Assembly: GCF_007748075.1 (NCBI RefSeq)
Contig: NZ_CP036280.1
Location: 1,890,001-1,922,000, forward strand
Length of the DNA: 32,000 nucleotides
Direction of reading: 5' to 3'
DNA from: Mucisphaera calidilacus
Lineage (GTDB): Bacteria > Planctomycetota > Phycisphaerae > Phycisphaerales > Phycisphaeraceae
The notes beneath the pieces are model-generated. The model saw only the letters and a program-made list of their open reading frames with translations. It made no database searches and was not told where the DNA came from. Numbering within the stretch: position 1 is the first letter of the stretch; every line of letters starts with the position of its first letter. Of the stretch, positions 10,601-16,881 are shown piece by piece. Made by a program: the position numbers and the translations under genes.

Positions 10601-11179
10601 AACACCGCACCCCAACGCGTCCTCGAATCACTCCCCTACGCCCTCGGCGGAAACGCCTCCGAAAACCACCCCATGGGCGGCACCAGTCCCGCACCCTATC
10701 TCGCCGAAGGCATCATCGATTACCGCGACCTGCCCGACGGCGGCACCTACGGGAATAGCACGAGGACTTGGCCCGCAACTGTCACTTGGACCGGTGCCCC
10801 CAGGACCGAGCCCGGCTTCGCCTCCATCGGCGAACTCACCATGATCCGGGAGGGCTCTGTTTCTACTGAGGCATTCGACCGACTTCAATATGACGCAGCA
10901 GGAAACAACGGCACCGCAGAAGGCGACTTCACCGACGACACCGTCGCCGACGACCTCGAAGAGGAACTCCTCCCCTTCATGCGCGTCGCCTCGCTTGTAT
11001 CCGTAAGATCCGACGTCTTCACCGCTTACGTCCTGCTCGAAGGCCGCCGACCCAACGCCGACAACCCCCTCCAATACGATCGCGTCGTCCAGCGACGCTT
11101 CATCGTCACCTACGACCGATCCAACGTGAACGCCCCGGGCGACCAGCCCCGCATCCTCATGTTCGCCGAGCTCAACTGA
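7613..11179 (+). CDS. Giant GspK-like minor pseudopilin (1188 aa)
   Basis: AGGAG lies 6 nt upstream of ATG 7613. The N-terminus ...HARRG|SALLLTVGVLLLIFIAGIAFV is a prepilin-like helix without Glu+5, as in GspK. IIDETALANVNTAT (about nt 8421-8462) and GVININTAPQRVLESLP (about nt 10585-10635) match the two conserved GspK blocks. The C-terminal VRSDVFTAYVLLEGRR is also GspK-like. Confidence 0.7.
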   Translation: MKHNMKQHHHARRGSALLLTVGVLLLIFIAGIAFVSSGQSMRIAGSASARTANTDAAVQATVAYIGNVIAKDWTDYTDNPITGNSEYHDYPHPDVDPWLASAEPEDFSRLSAGQQTFLRSTTNYGGTSLNRLTGFIDNQLNGIDSDGDTDTNNDWDAWRNISRLEDLSGTPLEFIDLRYFRPIGENPPVGNQDDIYDAPTGFNPTDDTQTLTYHPVNAAIHGVNDEMNTDGIEANLNTAADADGDGYTDARWVELPINAPGGLRWAAAVRIIDETALANVNTATEIEDALPTTAEQREAMVLGTTPADLNLKRLLARADFRTTNNYAYWEDYEVPDDPFTQKSSGRRYDEINTSTLALNSVSFTNSGRSDNTLGTINTQSVSDGTGLQRDALYSHLGYYDPLATSALDSAGNLPTRERHVRDALWQAYGRNLDDRSSFTSSRPYDYPHDGTSVAIDAAYNPFGFDTLLELRTRFGINSPGWSPLEFSLFNDFDLTDSNAWSVLRSNRTESTGALTRRQLRMGVRHLLTTYSGSRQIRPYLTTAGSMPQTNSDLDRQARAKLNINELTTARFSLFESRVTEAGLTTTDAENMAASIYAYRMAGIYDDTASVTASAGNPTSISNSFAALTDFVTANNRLGLEPQPFFREVVALTLREDPAGDDNGDTNLNDPDVVIARHLIIELANPSTIDIDLTRYTIQIDGTPYTLTGTLNAGQSRLFYSDTAAGTSPLPMSALVTNILAQFDAVGPSPDSSIDSTADVLTQASDTAGFTTNARLELLYSDGTTVVMLDRMRNSTANWPSTTATDAADAQQLLTIQVSQREDSGTSDPHYIMEDAAANGHIETEISPYAGAVSAADIPDNFGRDADSGTTYPALTNYQLYFGKIRDGTATDFTAPSFDSVGELGLMSTSIYHDTTAGTEEPITERLNAEFAAGATPTRYVGRLDWTNVNTTYTNTDLHLPDAVHLMDQFTTLEGPDATATTNDALNDGMAFGVININTAPQRVLESLPYALGGNASENHPMGGTSPAPYLAEGIIDYRDLPDGGTYGNSTRTWPATVTWTGAPRTEPGFASIGELTMIREGSVSTEAFDRLQYDAAGNNGTAEGDFTDDTVADDLEEELLPFMRVASLVSVRSDVFTAYVLLEGRRPNADNPLQYDRVVQRRFIVTYDRSNVNAPGDQPRILMFAELN

Positions 11180-11212
11180 CGCCCCACAACACCCCACTCT
11201 TACCCAAAAATC

Positions 11213-11239
11213 CCCATTCGCTCCCATTCCGGCCCATTC
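11213..11239. repeat. Three CCCATTC direct repeats with exact 10-bp spacing
   Basis: CCCATTC occurs at 11213, 11223 and 11233 (cccattcgct cccattccgg cccattcacc) in the non-coding stretch after the GspK-like gene. CCCAAAA(A)TC also occurs twice nearby (about 11203 and about 11254). Confidence 0.6.
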
Positions 11240-11381
11240 ACCCTCGATATCGGCCCAAAATCGCCTAAACTCTCACGAACCGCACGCAAACCAAAGTCGT
11301 AGAAAAGAGCGATGAACGAATTTTTTCACGAATCCGTAACAAAAGGGCTTGATCTCAGGCACCATCTGTTAAACTAGGTTG

Positions 11382-11443
11382 ACTTCTCTTCTCCTCCTCC
11401 TGGGCCGGCGTCGGGCACTTTTCCCGCCGCCGGCTCTTCTTTT
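11382..11443 (+). ncRNA. Candidate small RNA of about 60 nt: CU-rich anti-SD-like 5' arm plus terminator hairpin (speculative)
   Basis: Extended -10-like TGtTAAACT lies at 11367-11375, with TTGATC at 11349-11354 (15-bp spacer). The predicted transcript is ACUUCUCUUCUCCUCCUCCUG followed by the 12-bp GC hairpin at 11404-11434 and a U-rich tail. There is no conservation or expression evidence. Confidence 0.2.
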
Positions 11444-11444
11444 A
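11404..11444 (+). terminator. Rho-independent terminator
   Basis: GCCGGCGTCGGG (11404-11415) pairs with CCCGCCGCCGGC (11423-11434), giving 11 of 12 bp with a 7-nt loop. It is followed by TCTTCTTTTA. Confidence 0.6.
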
Positions 11445-11474
11445 TAGACTCATAATCCCAGTAGGAGAAACACC

Positions 11475-11909
11475 TTGCCCACGCCCCCTCCCGATCCCGA
11501 CTGCATCTTCTGCCGGATCGTCGCCGGCGACATTCCCTGCCACAAACTCCACAAGGACGAACACACCCTCGCCTTCCTCGACATCAACCCCACCGCGCCG
11601 GGCCACACGCTGCTGATCCCCAAAGCGCACAACGCGCGGCTGGACGAGATGCCGGGCGAAACGATGGCGAAACTCGGCGCGGTGCTGCCGAGGCTTGCCG
11701 GTGCGGTGGCGGGTGCGGTCGGTGCGCCGGGGTACAACATCCTGCAGAACAATGGGGCCGAGGCGGGGCAGGCGGTGTTCCACGTGCACTTCCACATCAT
11801 CCCGCGGGGGCTGCCGGGGTCCGACTTCAGATTCGACTGGCCGGCGGGCAAGCTCGAGAGCGACGCCGCCGCCGACCTGATCGCCCGGATCACGTCGAGA
11901 CTGGCTTAG
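11475..11909 (+). CDS. HIT-family (histidine triad) nucleotide hydrolase
   Basis: TTG start with AGGAG at 11463-11467 (7-nt spacing). It contains CIFCRIVAGDIP, DINPTAPGHTLLIPKAH and the HVHFHIIPR histidine triad. Confidence 0.88.
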   Translation: MPTPPPDPDCIFCRIVAGDIPCHKLHKDEHTLAFLDINPTAPGHTLLIPKAHNARLDEMPGETMAKLGAVLPRLAGAVAGAVGAPGYNILQNNGAEAGQAVFHVHFHIIPRGLPGSDFRFDWPAGKLESDAAADLIARITSRLA

Positions 11910-12502
11910 AGCGATCCCTTGGTGGAGGGCATGTCGGTGCGCGTGATGCGTGTCGCGGCGTGGAGCGCCCGGCCGAAGGCCTTGAAGATCGCCTCGGCGA
12001 CGTGGTGGTCGTTGCCGGCGTGGGGCACCTCGATGTGGAGGTTGAACCTGCCCGCCTGCGCGACCGCGCCCATGAACTCGCGGACGAGTTGGACGTCGAA
12101 CGTCCCGATCTTGGCGTCCGGGCTGCTGAAGCGGTCATCACAGACGAGTGCGAATCGCCCCGAGAGGTCTAGCGTCACGCGTGCGAGCACCTCGTCCATG
12201 GGGACGGAGGCGAAGCCGTAGCGTTCGATCCCCACGCGGTCGCCGAGGGCCTGTCCGATCGCCTGGCCGAGGACGATGCCGACGTCTTCGACGGTGTGGT
12301 GGTCATCGACGTGCGTATCGCCTCTGGCCTCGATGTCGAGGTCGAACCGGCCGTGTTTGGCGATATGGTCGAGCATGTGATCGAAGAAGCCGACGCCGGT
12401 CGCGTGCCGGTAGGTCGGCCCGCCTTCGGGGTCCAGCCCGAGTTTGAGGGTGATGGACGTCTCGTTCGTCGTTCGCTCGATGCTCGCGGTGCGTTTGCTC
12501 AC
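11906..12502 (-). CDS. hisB: Imidazoleglycerol-phosphate dehydratase
   Basis: ERTTNETSITLKL, GVGFFDHMLDH, DDHHTVEDVGIVLG and NDHHVAEAIFKAFGRAL are IGPD signature blocks. It is adjacent to hisC. Confidence 0.93.
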   Translation of the reverse strand: MSKRTASIERTTNETSITLKLGLDPEGGPTYRHATGVGFFDHMLDHIAKHGRFDLDIEARGDTHVDDHHTVEDVGIVLGQAIGQALGDRVGIERYGFASVPMDEVLARVTLDLSGRFALVCDDRFSSPDAKIGTFDVQLVREFMGAVAQAGRFNLHIEVPHAGNDHHVAEAIFKAFGRALHAATRITRTDMPSTKGSL

Positions 12503-12506
12503 AGGG

Positions 12507-13604
12507 TCAAACCTTTTCAGTCTTCAGGATCCGGTCCAGCGCGGCGAGCAGCGTGTTGTTCTGCTCGGGTGTCCCGACCGTGATACGCAGCTTGTCACGC
12601 AGACGGTCCTGATCAAAGTATCGCACCAGAATGCCCGCGGCCTTGAGATCTTCGTAGATCGAGCGTGCGTCGGGCCCGGCCGGGGGCACGGTCGCGAGCA
12701 CAAAGTTGGTCTGAGTCTCGGGCACGACGAAGCCCCGGGCACGCAGGGCGTCCCGCAGGAGCGCGCGGTCGCGCACGATCAGCGACCACTTCTCGCGTGC
12801 GTCGGCCTGATCACGGATGGCCGCCTCGGCAGCGGCCTGGGCGATGACGTCGGTGTTGAAGGAGTCGCGTGCCTTGTCGAGCGACGCGATCAGGTCCGGG
12901 TGTCCCAGCCCGTAGCCAAACCGCAACCCGGCCAGCCCGTACCCCTTGGAGAGCGTGCGCAGGATCAGGACGTTATCGAGTCCTGAATCGGGCGTCAGCA
13001 GCGGCAAGGCGGATTGCTCGGCGAAGTCGACGTAGGCTTCGTCGATCAGCAGGACGCCTCGGCCGCGCAGCGCTTCTGCGATGCCGCGCAGCGTATCCAG
13101 CGATTCGAGTCGTCCCGACGGCGCGTGCGGGTTGACCACGAAGGCCACGCCGACGTCCGAACCGGCCAAGGTGGTTGCCCAGGTGGAGGGGATCGAGAAC
13201 TCCTCGTCGAGGGGCGTCGCGGTCACCGATGCGCCGTGGATGCCGGCGAGCACGCGGTAAAGGCTGTAGGTCGGCTCGGTGATGGCGATCCCGCGTCCGC
13301 CCTTGTCGGGGTCGGTGAAGACGGTGAGCACGAGGCGCAGGAGTTCGTCGCCCGCGTTGGTGGCGAAGACCTGGGACGCGTCGAGTCCGTGCACCTGGGC
13401 GGCCGCGGCCCGGAAGCCGGCTGCCGTCGGGGGCGGGTAGCGGCGCAGCGACTCGCCCGTGATTGTGGCGATCGCCTCGAGCACCTTCGGCGCGGGCGGG
13501 TAGGGGCTCTCGTTGGTGTTGAGCTTGATCGTCCGCCCGTCGGCGGGCTGCTCGCCCGAGACGTAAGCCGACAACGCAGTGATGTTCGGACGCTCGTAAG
13601 CCAT
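12507..13604 (-). CDS. hisC: Histidinol-phosphate aminotransferase
   Basis: 365 aa with a class II aminotransferase layout: NPHAPSG, and LRTLSKGYGLAGLRFGY (PLP-lysine block). It lies 4 nt upstream of hisB. Confidence 0.88.
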   Translation of the reverse strand: MAYERPNITALSAYVSGEQPADGRTIKLNTNESPYPPAPKVLEAIATITGESLRRYPPPTAAGFRAAAAQVHGLDASQVFATNAGDELLRLVLTVFTDPDKGGRGIAITEPTYSLYRVLAGIHGASVTATPLDEEFSIPSTWATTLAGSDVGVAFVVNPHAPSGRLESLDTLRGIAEALRGRGVLLIDEAYVDFAEQSALPLLTPDSGLDNVLILRTLSKGYGLAGLRFGYGLGHPDLIASLDKARDSFNTDVIAQAAAEAAIRDQADAREKWSLIVRDRALLRDALRARGFVVPETQTNFVLATVPPAGPDARSIYEDLKAAGILVRYFDQDRLRDKLRITVGTPEQNNTLLAALDRILKTEKV

Positions 13605-13697
13605 AGACGACAGTTTAGTTATTCAAACCCAAAGCCGTTCGCGCTCCGCCCGGATCGACGCTAAACTGAGGAGCTTCACCGCTGTAGCGAGGACGAC

Positions 13698-14882
13698 ATG
13701 TCGGACCTGCCTCTTAGCCTCCCGGATATCACCGATGCGGAAATCGAAGCCGTCGTGGAGGTTCTCCGCTCCGGCCGTCTGAGCATCGGTCCCAAGCAGG
13801 AACTCTTCGAGGACGTTCTCGCCGGAAGGGTGGGTCGCCGCCACGGCATCGCGGTTTCGTCGGGGACCGCGGGTCTGCACCTCGTGCTGAAGTCGCTGGG
13901 GATCGGCCCGGGTGACGAGGTCGTGACGACGCCTTTCAGCTTCGTCGCGTCGTCGAACGCGATCCTGATGTGCGGGGCCAAACCGGTCTTCGCGGACATC
14001 GACCCGACGAGTCTGAACCTGACGGCGGAGTCGGCCGAGAAGGCCATCACGGACAACACCAAGGCGATCCTTGGTGTCGAGGTCTTCGGCAACCCGCGGC
14101 ACATGGACCGTCTCGAGCAGCTCGCCAACGCCCACGAGATCCCGCTGATCGAGGACTCCTGCGAGGGGCTCGGCGGCGTCTACAACAACCGCAAGGTCGG
14201 CTCCTTCGGGCGTGCGTCGGTCTTCGGTTTTTATCCCAACAAGCAGATCACGACGGGCGAGGGCGGCATGATCGTCACCGACGACGACCGGCTGGCGTCG
14301 CTCTGCCGATCGATGCGCAATCAGGGGCGGCCGGACCCCAAGGGTCAGCGGCGCGAGCCGATGGGCGGCGGTCAGACCACCGGGTCGTGGCTCCAGCACG
14401 AGCGGCTGGGCTACAACTACCGCCTCTCCGAGATCGCGGCGGCGATCGGGCTGGCCCAGCTCGACCGGCTCGAAGCGATTCTGGAGAAGCGGCGCGACGT
14501 GGCCTGTGAGTACATCATGCGGCTCAAGGAGCTTGAGGACATCATCCTGCCGACGGTGCCGCCGGGGCACGAGACGACGATGTCGTGGTTCGTGTTCGTG
14601 ATCCGACTCGCGGCTGACTACGGCCGGCAGGAGCGTGACCGGATCATCGCCGGTCTCCGGCGGCACGACGTGGGCGCCTCGAATTACTTCCCGTGCATCC
14701 ATCTCCAGCCCTTCTACCGCGAGCAGTTCGGCTACAAGCAGGGCGACTTCCCGGTCGCCGAGTCGATCAGCGACCGCACGATCGCTCTGCCCTTCTTCAA
14801 CCGGATGGACCCGACGCAGATCGAGCTGGTGACGCACACGCTCAAGGTGATGATCCAGCGGGAGCAGTTGCTGCGGCGGTGA
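13698..14882 (+). CDS. DegT/DnrJ/EryC1/StrS-family PLP-dependent sugar aminotransferase
   Basis: Contains AVSSGTAGLHL, IEDSCEGLG and FGFYPNKQITTGEGGMIVTDD (active-site Lys block). GAGGA lies 5 nt upstream of the ATG. Confidence 0.88.
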   Translation: MSDLPLSLPDITDAEIEAVVEVLRSGRLSIGPKQELFEDVLAGRVGRRHGIAVSSGTAGLHLVLKSLGIGPGDEVVTTPFSFVASSNAILMCGAKPVFADIDPTSLNLTAESAEKAITDNTKAILGVEVFGNPRHMDRLEQLANAHEIPLIEDSCEGLGGVYNNRKVGSFGRASVFGFYPNKQITTGEGGMIVTDDDRLASLCRSMRNQGRPDPKGQRREPMGGGQTTGSWLQHERLGYNYRLSEIAAAIGLAQLDRLEAILEKRRDVACEYIMRLKELEDIILPTVPPGHETTMSWFVFVIRLAADYGRQERDRIIAGLRRHDVGASNYFPCIHLQPFYREQFGYKQGDFPVAESISDRTIALPFFNRMDPTQIELVTHTLKVMIQREQLLRR

Positions 14883-14929
14883 GGCTCGGGGCTCGGCGTG
14901 ATGATCCGGGATGCCATCGTGTAGCCGCT

Positions 14930-15661
14930 CTACAACGGGCTGCGTTTGGGCAGACCCGACTCGCGCGGGTAGGTCTTGGGCGTGTTGCGTTCCTTGTGGA
15001 TCAGGACCAGCACGAGGTCATTCTCGAAGCATTCGGGGTAGGCGTCGATGACCCGCAGGTCGCCGGCGCCGAGCTTGTAGAGCGCATCGCCTGAGTCGGC
15101 GAGTTCCTGTTCGACGCGCGGGCCCTTCATCGCGAGACACCACCCCTCCTGCCGGACGAAGGGGAGCGTGAGTTCGAGCAGGGTCGGCAGCGGGCCGACG
15201 GCACGCGAGACGGCGAGGTCGTACTGCTGGCGATGGGTCGCGTTGTGGGCGAGCGTCTCGGCGCGGTCCTGTATCGCGGTGATGTTGTCGAGCCCGAGGG
15301 TCTCGGCTGTTTCTCGGATGAAGGCGACCTTCTTGCCCGTGCTGTCGAGCAGGGTGAAGCGCAGGTCGGGCCGGGCGATCGCCAGGGGGACGCCGGGCAA
15401 GCCTCCGCCGGTCCCGACGTCGATGACGCGGGCCTGTTCGGGCAGGTCTTCGAAGGCGGGCAGGACCGTGAGCGAGTCGAGAATGAGGCGCGGCCAGGCC
15501 TGCTCGGGATCGCGGACCGCGGTGAGGTTGGTGGTCTGGTTGCGTTCGAGCAGGAGGGCAAGAAACCGGGCCAGTTGCTGCCAGGTCGGTTCGTCGAGTT
15601 CGAAGCCGAGCTCGCCGGCCGCCGACCGGGCCGAATCGGGAATCGCGTGTTCGGTGGTCAC
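14930..15661 (-). CDS. rsmG: 16S rRNA (guanine527-N7)-methyltransferase RsmG (GidB)
   Basis: This is the last 243 codons of the 724-aa track ORF. The GTG start at 15661 overlaps the rodA stop (GTGA, 15658-15661). It contains the SAM motif VIDVGTGGGLPGVPLAI and the LTAVRDPEQAWPRLILDSL block. Confidence 0.85.
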   Translation of the reverse strand: MTTEHAIPDSARSAAGELGFELDEPTWQQLARFLALLLERNQTTNLTAVRDPEQAWPRLILDSLTVLPAFEDLPEQARVIDVGTGGGLPGVPLAIARPDLRFTLLDSTGKKVAFIRETAETLGLDNITAIQDRAETLAHNATHRQQYDLAVSRAVGPLPTLLELTLPFVRQEGWCLAMKGPRVEQELADSGDALYKLGAGDLRVIDAYPECFENDLVLVLIHKERNTPKTYPRESGLPKRSPL

Positions 15662-16881
15662 TGGAAGATCGCCTCCGCGTTCTGGTCGAACTCGAAACTC
15701 GGTCGCGACAGCGGCGCCGGGCGACGCGAGACGAAGTTGCAGACGAGTCCGATCATGACCGCCGAGAAGAGCAGCGACGATCCGCCGTAGGAAACAAAGG
15801 GGAGCGTGATGCCGGTGATCGGCAGGAGCCCGACCGTCATGCCGATGTTGATGGCCGCCTGGGTGAACATCATGCCGGCGAAGCCGACGGTCGCGAGACG
15901 TGCAAAGGGGTCCTTGAGGTCGGCTGCGATGAGCGCCATCGAGGCGGTGAGCGTGAGGTAGAGACCGATCAGCGCTGCGCCGCCCAGCCATCCCCAGCGA
16001 GCGGCGACCACGGCGAAGATCATGTCGTTGTGGTCGAAGGGCAGCTTGTTGAGCTCGATCATGTCGCGCACGCGTTGGGGGTCGTATCCGGTGAGGCCGC
16101 CCGCGGCGACGAGGGTCATGGCGGTGTCCTGCTGGTATCCGATGGTGGTCACGTAGCGTGTCTCGCCCTGAGCGAGTGAGATCATCGACTCGATGCGTTC
16201 GCGTTGATGGGGCTTGAGGATCTGCATCGAGCTGGGCGCGTAGAGCACGATGGCGATGTTCGCGACGATGACGAGGATGGCCACGCCGAGCAGCCCGACG
16301 ATGTGTTTCATCCGTGCGCCGGCTGCGACGAGCATGATGAAGAGGGTCGGCGCGAAGAGGATGGCGGTGCCGAGGTCGGGTTGCTTGAGGATGAGTCCGA
16401 CGGGCACGAGCATGAGCAGGAAGGGCTTGAGCATGCCAAGGAGTGTGCGGTGGCTCTTGCGGTGGCGCAGGTACCAGGCCATGCCGAGGACGAAGGCGAC
16501 CTTGGCCAGTTCCGCGGGCTGGAAGTTCATGACGCCGAGGTTGATCCAGGCGCGGGCGCCGTTGATGACGGGCACGAGCCAGCGCGGCGTGAAGGGCATG
16601 ACGAGGAGGATCAGCAGGCAGAGGGTGAGGGCCATGAGCGGGTAGGCGTAGGTGCCGACGGTGCGCGGCCTCGGGAAGAAAACGAGGCCCGCTGCGAAGA
16701 GTGAGATCGGCAGCCAGATCTTGCCCTGCTTGGCGGCAAGGCCGGGCTCGACGACGCCGATGGAGAGCAACCCCGCCACCGCGAGCAGCAGCGCGCTGAC
16801 GATCATCGACCAGACCGCGCGCGTGGTCGCGAGTCGCAGCAGTTGATCGCTCAGATTGATGGTCGGCTCGGGCATGGCCAC
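15658..16881 (-). CDS. rodA: SEDS-family peptidoglycan polymerase RodA
   Basis: Multi-pass membrane protein with NFQPAELAKVAF and LPFVSYGGSSLL, the conserved FtsW/RodA blocks. Its ATG abuts the stop of the PBP2 gene. Confidence 0.88.
   Translation of the reverse strand: MAMPEPTINLSDQLLRLATTRAVWSMIVSALLLAVAGLLSIGVVEPGLAAKQGKIWLPISLFAAGLVFFPRPRTVGTYAYPLMALTLCLLILLVMPFTPRWLVPVINGARAWINLGVMNFQPAELAKVAFVLGMAWYLRHRKSHRTLLGMLKPFLLMLVPVGLILKQPDLGTAILFAPTLFIMLVAAGARMKHIVGLLGVAILVIVANIAIVLYAPSSMQILKPHQRERIESMISLAQGETRYVTTIGYQQDTAMTLVAAGGLTGYDPQRVRDMIELNKLPFDHNDMIFAVVAARWGWLGGAALIGLYLTLTASMALIAADLKDPFARLATVGFAGMMFTQAAINIGMTVGLLPITGITLPFVSYGGSSLLFSAVMIGLVCNFVSRRPAPLSRPSFEFDQNAEAIFQ

Noticed and set aside
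747-10844. Same-strand +1-frame Pro/Thr/Ser-rich ORFs inside the secretion genes (747-1082, 2857-3198, 3953-4291, 4445-4768, 5272-5655, 10410-10844)
   Set aside because: These low-complexity P/T/S translations are the expected by-product of NNC-dominated codons read out of frame. They have no independent start or RBS support.
13623-14837. 404-aa ORF antisense to the DegT-family gene, and similar long antisense or alternate-frame ORFs (e.g. 1022-1660, 10628-11227, 17980-19080, 18401-19111, 24031-24681, 24963-25880, 29314-30066)
   Set aside because: All are rich in Arg/Gly/Asp/Val/Pro, lack motifs, and overlap strongly supported genes. High GC with skewed third positions suppresses stop codons in non-coding frames.
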